Source: an uncultured Gammaproteobacteria bacterium (GTDB taxonomy: Bacteria; Patescibacteriota; Microgenomatia; 0-14-0-10-38-17). From it: a stretch of DNA of 64,000 nucleotides. The stretch covers positions 546,254-610,253 of the forward strand of contig CAYGEH010000001.1 in the NCBI GenBank assembly GCA_964348895.1, given 5' to 3'. Of the stretch, positions 1-9,644 are shown piece after piece. A program made the translations under genes and the position numbers. A model generated the notes under the pieces. That model saw only the letters and a program-made list of their open reading frames with translations. It made no database searches and was not told the origin of the DNA. Numbering within the stretch: the first letter of the stretch is position 1; the number at the start of each line of letters is the position of its first letter.

Positions 1-780
1 TTTGCTGGGGCTTCACCAATTTGGCGTCGAATTACACTCGCGACAATTAAAAAGTATCCAGGAGCAGACTTTGCTGTTCCTGACTCAGTTACGAGAGTGG
101 AAATCAATCGACTTTCTGGTGCTTTAGCCCACAGTGGTTTTCCCTCTCGTTGGGAATATTTTATTAAAGGAACTGAGCCTCAAGGAGAAGATAGGATGCA
201 TGTTTTATTAAAGGTTTGTCGAGGTCAAAATAGGTTGGCTACCCCCCTAGACATTGAGCGGGGCAATTATGAAGAAAAAGAGTTTATTATTGCCAGAGAA
301 GAAGATCCGTTTAGCACTACAAATAATCGTTGGCAAGCTGGAATTGAAGCCTGGATTGCCACCCAAAATGATTCACGATATCAAGTTCCAACAGAATATT
401 GCGACAGCAGCAGAGAGGTTGGCGTCATAATTCAAGAGCCTGGCGACAAAACCACCGTTAGAAATGAATTTAAAGTTAGAGTAAGACCCTTGTCGGTTAA
501 TGAAATTGATTGGGTTAAAATTTATGTTAATGGTGAAGAAAAACAAACCCTTGAGAGAAGTCCTTATGAAATCAGACTAGTTTTGCCTGACGGAACTTAT
601 AAGGTTAGGGCCAAAACGAGGGATTTAGCCGGTAAAGAGGCGGAAGCTGAAGTAAGAATTGGAGTTAATGTTAATTGGGATTGGGTACCAAATTCTTCTC
701 TTGAAATAACTCCGACTCCCACTCCTCCACTGTCTCCTTCTCCAGCTCAGGGTTCTAGCAATAGCCTTCTTGTTCCCTAA
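1..780 (+). CDS. Class A penicillin-binding protein (PBP1A-like), C-terminal part; 5' end lies outside the window
   Basis: The reading frame is open from base 1 and continues into ORF 97..780. The translation (FAGASPIWRRITLATIKKYPGADFAVPDSVTRVEINRLSG...) resembles the tail of a PBP1A transpeptidase domain, followed by an Ig-like repeat and a Pro/Thr/Ser-rich tail. Confidence 0.55.
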   Translation, partial: FAGASPIWRRITLATIKKYPGADFAVPDSVTRVEINRLSGALAHSGFPSRWEYFIKGTEPQGEDRMHVLLKVCRGQNRLATPLDIERGNYEEKEFIIAREEDPFSTTNNRWQAGIEAWIATQNDSRYQVPTEYCDSSREVGVIIQEPGDKTTVRNEFKVRVRPLSVNEIDWVKIYVNGEEKQTLERSPYEIRLVLPDGTYKVRAKTRDLAGKEAEAEVRIGVNVNWDWVPNSSLEITPTPTPPLSPSPAQGSSNSLLVP

Positions 781-805
781 GACTATCTTCAAGAACAATT
801 TGTTT

Positions 806-2701
806 TTAAGTCGAAAAAATTTTTTGGTGATGCTCTTTGGCTTCTTTGGCGGAGCAATTATAATAAAAAGCCCTTAGGGTGTATTTGTAAAAACCACCTT
901 CTTGATAAAGGTCTATTACTGCTAGTTGCCAGAAAATATTAGGATCAAATTTATTCTGATATTTTCTAATTATTTCTTGAGAAGGCTTTTCTTTTTTAAG
1001 GGTCAAGTTAACATCCAGACTGATAATTTGACTGGTTAGCTCTTTGGCGGCCCGATCAACAAACTGGGGTGGTCCCAACAAATCAACTCTGGGGGTCTGG
1101 CCCAATTGCTTAGCCAGCCTTTCTAAATCAATCTCAACCATAAAACCACCAGCGGTTTTAAGAGGATAAATTTGAGGAGGAGTTAGTAAGCCAAGTTTTT
1201 TGTAAAAATAACTTAATTTTTTATTTAGCCTTTTATTTGATTGGTCGAAAATACCCAAAGACCAACACTCTTTATAGTCCCCTCTTTTTGTTTTATAGAA
1301 AATTTTACCAATTTCAAAAAATCGCTGTTGAGGAACTTTTAATTTTTGATATTGACGCTTTTGATTTTTGAGCGAAGAAAGAATAGACGACCTTAATAAA
1401 GGATAATGACTATTAATATTATTTTGGGTGTAAACACCCTCGGTGTCTTCGGGTAAAAACCAGGCTTTTAAAAATTGATTTTTTTTAATTAAGGGCCAAG
1501 ACCTAATCTCATCGTAACCCAGATTAACTAAATTATTTTGAACCGCTTCAATCAAATGAAGTATTTTTGGGGTGATATCAGAAAGAAACTCAGCTGATAT
1601 TGGCTGATGGGTGGGGATATTTTGATAGCCAAAAAATCTGACAACCTCTTCAACCAAATCTTCTTCCATTTCCAAATCGGGGCGAGAAGATGGTGGAATA
1701 ATTTGTTGTTCTTCAGCTTTACTGGAAATTATTTGACATCCAATTTTTTTTAGAGTTTTTAGAGAAAAGAGGTTGTCGATTTTTATGCCAGCAATAATGG
1801 AAGGGCTTTGGATATTAAAGCTGATAGTTGGGGGCCTGATGGGGTTTGGGTAATAGTCGTAAATGGGTCCATTAAGTTTTCCCTGACAATTAACCATAAT
1901 TAAGTTGATTAAGTGCGAGAAAGCGCTGGGAATTAGATTGGGATCGAGCTGTTTTTCTAGTCTGGAGCTGGCCTCAGTGGTTATTTTTAGTTGTTGAGAA
2001 TCAAGACGAACCCTTTTGGGGTTATAAATGGCCATTTCGACGATTGATTCTTTGGTGTCTAGGGTGACCCCAGAGCTTTTCCCCCCAATAATACCAGCCA
2101 AACTCAACACTTCTTTTTTATTACTAATTTGCAAGGTGCCCTTTTTTAAACTTAAACTAGTTCCATCAAAGGTGGTGAAGATTTTTACCTCTTCCTGGGA
2201 GGTTTCCCAAGTTATTTTATCGGTTGATTTTTGGGCATCAAAAGCATGATTGGGAATTCCCCAAATAAGCATAATATAATTTGTTAAATCAACGAGAGTA
2301 TTAATAGAATTTATATCGTGAAGGTTTAAAAATTTTTTTAACCAAAGTGGTGAAGAACTATTTCGAAGAGAGATAATTTTGGCAGCCATTATTCTAACAA
2401 CCTGTTCGGGAGCCTTGACTTCAATGGGAAGAGGGACTGATGATGCAGTTGTCTCTGGTATGAAAAGCTCAGGGTTTTTTAATTCTAGACCATAAAGAGT
2501 GGCGAGCTCTTTAGCAATTCCCCAATAGCCCAGGCAGTCAGCTCGGTTTTGTCTAATTTCTAAGCTGAAAACAGTTTCTTTGTTTTTGTTTTCTATTCCA
2601 TTAACAAAGTGGCCAATCAAAGTCAAATCCTCCATTAATTTCTGTGGTTGACAGCTCAAATCAGGAATTAGTTTTTTTAGTTCAGAATAAATAATTTTCA
2701 T
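806..2701 (-). CDS. pheT: Phenylalanine--tRNA ligase beta subunit (short form, 631 aa)
   Basis: N-terminus MKIIYSELKKLIPDL matches the PheT start. It lies immediately downstream of pheS with a 4-nt ATGA start/stop overlap. It is shorter than the ~800-aa E. coli protein. Confidence 0.85.
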   Translation of the reverse strand: MKIIYSELKKLIPDLSCQPQKLMEDLTLIGHFVNGIENKNKETVFSLEIRQNRADCLGYWGIAKELATLYGLELKNPELFIPETTASSVPLPIEVKAPEQVVRIMAAKIISLRNSSSPLWLKKFLNLHDINSINTLVDLTNYIMLIWGIPNHAFDAQKSTDKITWETSQEEVKIFTTFDGTSLSLKKGTLQISNKKEVLSLAGIIGGKSSGVTLDTKESIVEMAIYNPKRVRLDSQQLKITTEASSRLEKQLDPNLIPSAFSHLINLIMVNCQGKLNGPIYDYYPNPIRPPTISFNIQSPSIIAGIKIDNLFSLKTLKKIGCQIISSKAEEQQIIPPSSRPDLEMEEDLVEEVVRFFGYQNIPTHQPISAEFLSDITPKILHLIEAVQNNLVNLGYDEIRSWPLIKKNQFLKAWFLPEDTEGVYTQNNINSHYPLLRSSILSSLKNQKRQYQKLKVPQQRFFEIGKIFYKTKRGDYKECWSLGIFDQSNKRLNKKLSYFYKKLGLLTPPQIYPLKTAGGFMVEIDLERLAKQLGQTPRVDLLGPPQFVDRAAKELTSQIISLDVNLTLKKEKPSQEIIRKYQNKFDPNIFWQLAVIDLYQEGGFYKYTLRAFYYNCSAKEAKEHHQKIFST

Positions 2702-3711
2702 GGCTGATTTGGTTTATAAGCGAGATTGCCGCCCAGTAAGGTTCTAATATCACTTATCTTGTATTTGGCCATTACCCAGCGATCTAAGCCTAGGCCAAAA
2801 GCAAAGCCACGCCAAGCCCTAGGATCAATTCCGGCCATAGCCAGAACCTTGGGATGAATAATACCAGCCCCACCCATTTCAATCCAGCCAACACCTTTAC
2901 ATAAAGAACAACCCTTTCCCTGACAGGCAAAACAGGCAATATCTAACCCCAACCCTGGTTCTACCTCTGGATAATACTTACAACGGTAACGAACCACCAC
3001 GTTCTTGCCATACAGTTTTTTAAATAAGGCATTTAGAGTGCCAACAAGATCTTTCATGGTGATATTTTTATCAACAGCAACGGCCTGATAGTGATGAAAA
3101 ATAAAATGATTACTTTTGTTAACCTTTTCATTGCGATATACCCGAGCTGGAAAGGCGACCTTAAAGGGAGGATTTTCTTTTTCTAATAGTCTGGCTTCAA
3201 TTGAAGAGGCCTGTGTTCTTAGTAAAATCTCTGGTTCTCTAATATAAATGGTGTCTTGCATATCTCGAGCAGGATGATCTAGAGGAACATTTAGACGTTT
3301 AAAACAGTATTCGTCGATTTCTATTTCTGGTCCTTCATAAGTAGAAAAACCCAGTGATTTAAAAAAAACATTAATTTCATTGGCAGTAGCAGTAATGGGG
3401 TGCAGGTGTCCTAATTTAGGCAAGGCGTGACGGAGAAGTTGTGGCTTCGATGAACTAGCAGGCTCTTTCTTTTTTCTTAGTTGACCCTTTTTTTGTTTTT
3501 TAATAAGTGCCTCTAATTGTTTTTTGGCTAAATTGAGATTTTGCCCCATTTGCTTTCTTTCTTGAGGAGGCAACCCCTTAACTTGCTCAAAGAGTTGATT
3601 AATAGAACCCTTTCGCCCCAGCCATTTAACTCTAAGATCTTCTAGTTCAGAGAGAGTTTTGGCAGCTTTTATTTCTTTTTTGGCCAAAACTAGACTTTCT
3701 TGGAGGCTCAT
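2698..3711 (-). CDS. pheS: Phenylalanine--tRNA ligase alpha subunit
   Basis: Class II aaRS motifs are present (HPARDMQDTIY, GLGLDR). It sits in the conserved rplT-pheS-pheT order. Confidence 0.9.
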   Translation of the reverse strand: MSLQESLVLAKKEIKAAKTLSELEDLRVKWLGRKGSINQLFEQVKGLPPQERKQMGQNLNLAKKQLEALIKKQKKGQLRKKKEPASSSKPQLLRHALPKLGHLHPITATANEINVFFKSLGFSTYEGPEIEIDEYCFKRLNVPLDHPARDMQDTIYIREPEILLRTQASSIEARLLEKENPPFKVAFPARVYRNEKVNKSNHFIFHHYQAVAVDKNITMKDLVGTLNALFKKLYGKNVVVRYRCKYYPEVEPGLGLDIACFACQGKGCSLCKGVGWIEMGGAGIIHPKVLAMAGIDPRAWRGFAFGLGLDRWVMAKYKISDIRTLLGGNLAYKPNQP

Positions 3712-3788
3712 TTGCTAAAAAAACTCTCTTTTTCCACTTTAGTAAACTTCAAGGGGAGTAAAGTAAGCGATTTCTTTTAATAAAAAAC

Positions 3789-4139
3789 TTATTTTACTGC
3801 CTGGGCTTTTTTAATAATCTTAACAAAAACCTCAGGATTCTTAACAACTAAATTAGCTAGAACCTTTTTGTTTAAACCAATATTGGCTTTTTTGAGCAAA
3901 TTTACAAAACGAGAATAAGATAAGTCGTGATCGATTAAACCAGCATTAATTCGACTAATCCAAAGTTTTTTAAAATTTCTCTTTTTCTGCTTTCGACCAA
4001 TAAAGGCATATTGGCCAGCATGAAGCTCAGCTTCATGGGCAACTTTATAAAGCTTACTTTTAGTTAAGCGATAGCCCTTGGTTGACTTTAGGGTTTTTTT
4101 GTGGCGAGCCCTTCTGATGGTTCCAGTTTTAACTCTCAT
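3789..4139 (-). CDS. rplT: 50S ribosomal protein L20
   Basis: MRVKTGTIRRARHKK... is the L20 signature N-terminus. Confidence 0.9.
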   Translation of the reverse strand: MRVKTGTIRRARHKKTLKSTKGYRLTKSKLYKVAHEAELHAGQYAFIGRKQKKRNFKKLWISRINAGLIDHDLSYSRFVNLLKKANIGLNKKVLANLVVKNPEVFVKIIKKAQAVK

Positions 4140-4142
4140 TTT

Positions 4143-4337
4143 TTATTTACCTAAAACTTTTTTGATTTTTTTGGCCATAGCACCAGTAATTTTTTTTGGT
4201 TTTTTGTATTTGCCTTTTTGTGTTTTGCTTTTATTATTTTTTAGATGTCGTCCAAAAGCTGACTGATGAATAACTGCACCAGCCTTTGTTACCCTAAAGC
4301 GCCTAGAAAGTGATTTTCTGGTTTTTTGTTTAGTCAT
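4143..4337 (-). CDS. rpmI: 50S ribosomal protein L35
   Basis: MTKQKTRKSLSRRFRVTKAG resembles the L35 N-terminus. It lies between infC and rplT as in E. coli. Confidence 0.85.
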   Translation of the reverse strand: MTKQKTRKSLSRRFRVTKAGAVIHQSAFGRHLKNNKSKTQKGKYKKPKKITGAMAKKIKKVLGK

Positions 4338-4363
4338 GTGTTTAAGAGTTTTTTTGAATTTAT

Positions 4364-4882
4364 TTATTTACTAACTGGGGCTAAAGTAAAAATTAAACTT
4401 CTGCCCGCCATTTTTGGTTCTTTAATTGGTGAACCAAAAGGAGCTAGACGTTTAATAAATTCTTCAGCCAATTGAAAACCAGCTTTTTGATTAGTCATTT
4501 CTCTTCCTCTAAAACTAACAGTAACCTGAACCCGATTAGTTTTTTTTAAAAATTCTTCAGCTCTTTTAACTCTGAACTGCAGGTCGTTTTCGGAAATAAA
4601 AGGTCGCAATCTTAGCTCTTTGGTTTCTTGTTTTTGACCCAGTTTTTTACTTTTTTTTGCCTTTTTGTTTTCTAAATATTGAAATTTTTTAAAATCAATT
4701 ATTTTGGCTACTGGCGGATTAGCCTTTGGGGCAATTTCAACCAAGTCTTTTTCTTCTTCCTTAGCTAAAGCCAGGGCTTGATCACGACTTAAAACATCAA
4801 TTTGTCTTCCTTCTTCATCAATAACTCGCAATAAATCAGCCTTGATATATTGATTAATTTGATAAAACTTATTAGAATTCAA
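4364..4882 (-). CDS. infC: Translation initiation factor IF-3
   Basis: IF3 N- and C-domain sequence (INQYIKADLLRVIDEEGRQIDVL...). The only start-like codon in the open frame upstream is TTG at 4880..4882. Confidence 0.85.
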   Translation of the reverse strand: MNSNKFYQINQYIKADLLRVIDEEGRQIDVLSRDQALALAKEEEKDLVEIAPKANPPVAKIIDFKKFQYLENKKAKKSKKLGQKQETKELRLRPFISENDLQFRVKRAEEFLKKTNRVQVTVSFRGREMTNQKAGFQLAEEFIKRLAPFGSPIKEPKMAGRSLIFTLAPVSK

Positions 4883-5032
4883 TTTTTTCTTGCTTCTTTC
4901 AAATCTTTAGGACTTTAGTGTAACATGGCTAAGGTTGATTATCAATGTTTGCTGATTCAACTTTTGATTAGCAAAAAAAACAAAACTAGTTATCTAAAAA
5001 TTATAGACTAGAAAAAACTAAGCTTTAAAAGC

Positions 5033-6784
5033 CTAGCTCTTAATTTGCTTTAAAAATTTTTCCAGGCTCATTTCTCCCAACACCCTCTCTCCCCTTTCTC
5101 GAACATTAATGGTTTGATTTTCTTCTTCTCTTGCCCCAACGATCAGCATGTAGGGAATCTTTTGCTCTTCGGCTTGACGAATTTTTTTAGAAGCAGTTTC
5201 GTTGTCAGTGTTAATTTCCAGTCTTAAATTATTATGGGTCTTTTTAAGGTTAGCAGATATTTTTTGAGCATATTGACTCTGCTTGTCGGTAATGGGAATA
5301 ATAACCACCTGAACCGGTGCCAGCCAAAAAGGAAAGTTTCCACCACTGTTTTCAATCAAAATTCCTAAAAATCGCTCAAGAGAGCCATAAATGGTTCGGT
5401 GAATCATTACTGGCCTAACCTTTTTTCCTGCCCTGTCAACATAGGAAAGGTTGAAATTTTCTGGCTGAGCAAAGTCTAGTTGAATAGTGGAACACTGCCA
5501 GGTTCGACCAAGACTATCTTTGAGGTGGAAATCAATTTTTGGTCCATAAAAGGCCCCGTCTCCCGGATTAATCTGATAGGAAACGTTACTTTCTTTTAAA
5601 GTTTTTTCCATTACTTCTTCTGCTTCTTGCCAAATCTCGCTTGAGCCGATTGAATTTTTTGGCCTAGTAGACAACTCCAGATGATCAAGCTCTAATTCAA
5701 ATTTTTGATAGAATTTAAAGCATAAATTAATAACAGCCTTTATTTCACTCTTTATTTGATTTTTAGTGCAAAAAATATGAGCATCGTCTTGAGTAAACTC
5801 TCGAGGACGAATGATACCGTGAAGCTCTCCAGAAGTTTCATATCGATGAACAACGCCTAGTTCCGCCATTCTTAGAGGTAGGTCACGATATGATTTAGAC
5901 GAGTTGTTGAAAATTACAATACCACCATCACAGTTCATTGGTTTTAGGCTCATGTCCCAGCCCTTGCTATCTGGACTGGTTGCTCGATACATTTTGTCGG
6001 CAAAAGATTTTAGGTGACCACTTTTTTCCCAAATGGAATTTTTTAACACCTCTGGGGTTCTAACCTCTAAATAGCCGGCTCTGTCGTGTTCTTCTCGCCA
6101 ATATTCGATCAACTTTTTTAGAAGAAAATAACCTTTGTGGTGCCAAAAAACATCACCAGGGGCAACTTCAGGATGAAAAGAAAACAAGTCTAGGGTTTTA
6201 CCGATTAAACGATGATCTCTCTTTTGGGCCTCTGCCAAAAAAGCCAAATGCTGATCAAGATCTTTTTGGCGAGCAAAGCAAGTGCCATAAATTCTGGTTA
6301 ATTGTGGCTGGTTTTCGTTTCCGCGCCAATAAGCCCCAGCCAAAGAAAGCAACCTGAATGGCCCTATTTCTCCGGTTGATTTTAATTGTGGGCCAGAACA
6401 AAGGTCGGTAAAACCGCCAACTTTATAAATGGAGATTTTTTGACAGCGATCTTTAACTAACTCATCAATTAATTCTAATTTATAGGGTTGTTTGGCAAAA
6501 AGATTTTTAGCTTCTTGGGGGCTAATTTCTTTTTTTTCAAAAACTAAATCAGCCCTAATGTCTTTATTCATTTCAGCTTCAATTTTGCCAAAATCATTTT
6601 CCGAGAGCGGTTTTTCAAAGTCAAAATCATAATAAAAACCGTTATTAATCGCCGGACCAATGGCAAACTTTGTTTTAGGATATAGTCTTTGCACAGCAGC
6701 GGCTAAAACGTGGGCACAGGAATGACGCATAACAGAAAGATGATTGGTTTTTACAAGAGAAGAATTCATTTTAATTAACTCCAA
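5033..6784 (-). CDS. thrS: Threonine--tRNA ligase (lacks N-terminal TGS domain)
   Basis: Class II motifs and a ThrRS editing/catalytic core are present (HRDLGKTLDLF-like RDHRLIGKTLDLFSF). It heads the thrS-infC-rpmI-rplT-pheST cluster. Confidence 0.9.
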   Translation of the reverse strand: MELIKMNSSLVKTNHLSVMRHSCAHVLAAAVQRLYPKTKFAIGPAINNGFYYDFDFEKPLSENDFGKIEAEMNKDIRADLVFEKKEISPQEAKNLFAKQPYKLELIDELVKDRCQKISIYKVGGFTDLCSGPQLKSTGEIGPFRLLSLAGAYWRGNENQPQLTRIYGTCFARQKDLDQHLAFLAEAQKRDHRLIGKTLDLFSFHPEVAPGDVFWHHKGYFLLKKLIEYWREEHDRAGYLEVRTPEVLKNSIWEKSGHLKSFADKMYRATSPDSKGWDMSLKPMNCDGGIVIFNNSSKSYRDLPLRMAELGVVHRYETSGELHGIIRPREFTQDDAHIFCTKNQIKSEIKAVINLCFKFYQKFELELDHLELSTRPKNSIGSSEIWQEAEEVMEKTLKESNVSYQINPGDGAFYGPKIDFHLKDSLGRTWQCSTIQLDFAQPENFNLSYVDRAGKKVRPVMIHRTIYGSLERFLGILIENSGGNFPFWLAPVQVVIIPITDKQSQYAQKISANLKKTHNNLRLEINTDNETASKKIRQAEEQKIPYMLIVGAREEENQTINVRERGERVLGEMSLEKFLKQIKS

Positions 6785-6883
6785 AAACTAACCCTAATAC
6801 CCAAGCTAGGCTAGTTTTGATCACCGACCTTTTCTTTATTTTAAACTCTAAAGAAATATTCTTTTTAAATATCAGTTTTTCTT

Positions 6884-6959
6884 GGTGCACGCGCCTGGAC
6901 TCGAACCAGGGACCTTCCGCATGTCAAGCGGATGCTCTAACCAACTGAGCCACGCGTGC
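6884..6959 (-). tRNA. tRNA-Val (anticodon GAC), CCA encoded
   Basis: Reverse complement GCACGCGTGGCTCAGTTGGTTAGAGCATCCGCTTGACATGCGGAAGGTCCCTGGTTCGAGTCCAGGCGCGTGCACCA folds as a cloverleaf with anticodon loop TTGACAT. Confidence 0.85.
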
Positions 6960-7139
6960 AAGAAAAAATTTTGTTAGCTCTTAGTTGTTTGGATTTTGAT
7001 TGTATTATACTACAGTCTTTTTTATATTTTTTTCTAACCGCTGGAGTTGGGTTTATAAAAATAATTTAAACTCTTGGCCAAATAAAAAAGAATCGTCCTA
7101 TTCCAGAACTAATCAGTTTTTAAATTTAACTTTTAGTTT

Positions 7140-7784
7140 TTATCCAGTTTGAGTTGCTGGGGTTCGATCAGAAGAAAGTAGAAATTTAGTGCCCGATTTT
7201 TTAACTTGACCCCAAAAATAACCTCTCTTTTGTTCTTTTTTTTGGAAAGCCGCCAACCAGGTGCAACCCTCTTCGACCCTTTCTCTTAAATCATAAAGAA
7301 ACCCTAGCAACAACTCTAAAAAAGAAAGATGATATTTGCCTGGTTGAGGAATGTTTTCTTGGGTACTGACCTTAATCTCTGCTACTTGTTGGCTTATTTG
7401 AGTCATGTTGGCGACAATTAAGCTAATTTCATCCCTGATGAGATTAATCTTGGCGGCAATTTCCTGACTTTCGTTTAATCTTTGGTTGATTTCGTTTAAG
7501 TTAATTCTTCTTTGGAATTCTATTTTTCTTTGATAGGACTGATTAAATTGTTCCTGCTCTTCTTTTACTGGTTCAGTTTTATTCAGATTAACGGTTTGGC
7601 CAGGATAAATTTCTTCTAGACCAGATTTATTTTTAGTTGAAACGGAGCCAGTTATTTGGTTCCAAAACTCTTGAGGAATCTCTTTGGCTAGTTCGCCTGT
7701 CAAATTTGGGCCAGTCTGACCTATTTCTGAGGAAGATGACTTTCCCTTAAACTGGCTATTATCACGAAAGACCTTTTTGGTCAT
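7140..7784 (-). CDS. Hypothetical protein (coiled-coil rich)
   Basis: Long ORF with no recognisable motif. Q/E-rich coiled-coil character. Confidence 0.4.
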   Translation of the reverse strand: MTKKVFRDNSQFKGKSSSSEIGQTGPNLTGELAKEIPQEFWNQITGSVSTKNKSGLEEIYPGQTVNLNKTEPVKEEQEQFNQSYQRKIEFQRRINLNEINQRLNESQEIAAKINLIRDEISLIVANMTQISQQVAEIKVSTQENIPQPGKYHLSFLELLLGFLYDLRERVEEGCTWLAAFQKKEQKRGYFWGQVKKSGTKFLLSSDRTPATQTG

Positions 7785-7819
7785 TGATTAATAAAAAGAT
7801 AAACTTAGATAGCATATTA

Positions 7820-8716
7820 CTATAAGTCTTGAAGAAATTCAAGGGTCTTTTGACGTCTAATCATTGACGAAAGCAAATAGCGCTGATTGGAAAGCTGATC
7901 TTTTTCTTTTTTATCTTTAATTTTCTCTAAGGCAGATTCAATGTCCTGATCAGAGACAACAATTTTTTCCTCGTCAGAAATTTTGTTAAGAGCCAGCTCT
8001 AGTCGCCAATTTTTTTCACTTTCTTGACGATATTCTCCTCTAATTGAGTCAGCGGTTTTATTAATCGTGTTTAAGTATTGCTCTATAGACAAACCCATTT
8101 TTTCTGTTTTTTCAATCAAGTTAGCCAGTCTTTGGTTGACCTCACTATCAATTAAAATTTGGGGAAGGACAACTTGAACGGTTTGAGCCAAAGTGTCAAT
8201 TATAGTTTGAAACCGTTTGGCTCTAGTTAAAGATTCATCTTCTTTTTTGGTTTCTTTTTTAGCCTTTTCTGGGGTCCAAATAGATTCTTTGGCAGCTGTT
8301 TTTTTTATTGTTTCTTTATAGTTATTTAAATTAATTTCTGGCAACTCACAAGTAACAAACTTTATTTTCCAATCGCTCCCCTCTTGGGCAGAGACTAATT
8401 CTGCCCGGGGAGAAATAATTGGTTTTAGCTGCTGTTGTTCAATTGTCTGTTGATAGATTTTAGGCAAGAGCTGGTTAATTACTTTTTGATAAATAGCATC
8501 TTGTCCGACTACTCTTTGGACTCGCTCTCTTGGGGCCTTACCTTTTCTAAACCCTTTAATTTCAGTGGTTTTTTGAAGTTCAGACAAGACTAACTCAAAC
8601 TCTTTTTTTATTTCCTCTTTGGCTATGATTGCCTCAATTTCAATTGTGCCATCAGCTAGGCGGTTAAGATTAACCAAGCTTTTCTGGGGATTAATTGGAG
8701 AAGACTGATTAGCCAT
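7820..8716 (-). CDS. tig: Trigger factor (short, 298 aa; C-terminal chaperone arm reduced)
   Basis: The N-terminal ribosome-binding motif GFRKGKAPR is typical of trigger factor. Confidence 0.7.
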   Translation of the reverse strand: MANQSSPINPQKSLVNLNRLADGTIEIEAIIAKEEIKKEFELVLSELQKTTEIKGFRKGKAPRERVQRVVGQDAIYQKVINQLLPKIYQQTIEQQQLKPIISPRAELVSAQEGSDWKIKFVTCELPEINLNNYKETIKKTAAKESIWTPEKAKKETKKEDESLTRAKRFQTIIDTLAQTVQVVLPQILIDSEVNQRLANLIEKTEKMGLSIEQYLNTINKTADSIRGEYRQESEKNWRLELALNKISDEEKIVVSDQDIESALEKIKDKKEKDQLSNQRYLLSSMIRRQKTLEFLQDL

Positions 8717-9006
8717 AGTGTTGGGGTCTTCTGATTTTGGGTCGACTAACAGTTGGTCTTTTAACCAAAAAAGATTCTGGTCTTTGAGGGGCTAATTTTG
8801 GAAATGAAGATTGTCTTTCTTCTTCTGATTTTAATTTTTTTACTACGAGATTAGGTTTTTTATCATTATTCATTGTGGATTGATTTTATCACGACCCTTG
8901 TTTATCGGCAAGATAAATAAACCTTATTTGTGATTTTTTAAAATCAAAACTTGACAAGGATACTTGCCTTTAATATTCTTATATTAAGGCTTTTTTCAGC
9001 TAAAGA

Positions 9007-9624
9007 ATGAAAAAATATCAAATTTTAGGATTTAAATTAATTTACTTGCCGTTATTAGTTTTTATTTTACCTACTTCTTTAGCCCTGGCTTTTTGGTTGC
9101 TTAATTTTAATCAAGAAGGTTATTATCGACTTTTGGCTAAAAATAAGCTTGACTACAGCCCTCTTTTGTCTCAAACCCCAGTTCGTCTTTATCAGGCCTT
9201 ACCCAATAATTCAGGAACAATTTCCTATGAAATTGGTACGGCTGATGCCCGACCAGTTATTATTAGACAATATCTAGAAAGACATCGCTCCCCTCTAGTT
9301 CCCTATGCTGATTACTTTTTTCAAGCTTCTCAAAAATATGACCTAGATTATCGCCTGTTGGTTGCCATCGCTCAGCAGGAATCCAATTTGGGGAAAAGAA
9401 TTCCTCCGGGAAGCCATAATGCTTGGGGCTGGGGAATTCATAGTCGAGGATCTTTGGGTTTTTCTTCTTGGCCAGAGGGAATTGAAACAGTGGCGCGTGG
9501 TTTGAGAAAAAACTATTTAGACAGGGGTTTTATTAGTTTAGAGCAAATTGCTGGTAGGTATGCCCCACCCTCTAAAGAAGCTTGGGCTTTTGGGGTTAAT
9601 CAATTTATGGGAGAAATGGAATGA
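9007..9624 (+). CDS. Membrane-anchored lysozyme-like / lytic transglycosylase-like protein
   Basis: N-terminal TM helix. VAIAQQESNLG resembles the SLT/glucosaminidase catalytic E-S motif. Confidence 0.4.
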   Translation: MKKYQILGFKLIYLPLLVFILPTSLALAFWLLNFNQEGYYRLLAKNKLDYSPLLSQTPVRLYQALPNNSGTISYEIGTADARPVIIRQYLERHRSPLVPYADYFFQASQKYDLDYRLLVAIAQQESNLGKRIPPGSHNAWGWGIHSRGSLGFSSWPEGIETVARGLRKNYLDRGFISLEQIAGRYAPPSKEAWAFGVNQFMGEME

Positions 9625-9644
9625 CAAGAAAAAAAATAAATAAC

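Noticed and set aside
2028-2249. 73-aa ORF antisense within pheT; similar internal or antisense short ORFs at 11005..11235, 15435..15716, 18470..18736, 19633..19827, 27041..27310, 28244..28462, 30497..30691, 30907..31125, 35041..35692, 36158..36352, 37474..37662, 42683..42886, 45701..45931, 46990..47220, 47639..47914, 50830..51018, 52280..52465, 57108..57296, 60390..60578, 61151..61345, 61593..61778, 61806..62135, 63443..63649
   Set aside because: All lie inside well-supported longer genes, in another frame or on the opposite strand, and lack motifs.
4078-4266. 62-aa ORF on the plus strand
   Set aside because: It overlaps the rplT/rpmI junction on the opposite strand, and the translation is hydrophobic low-complexity.
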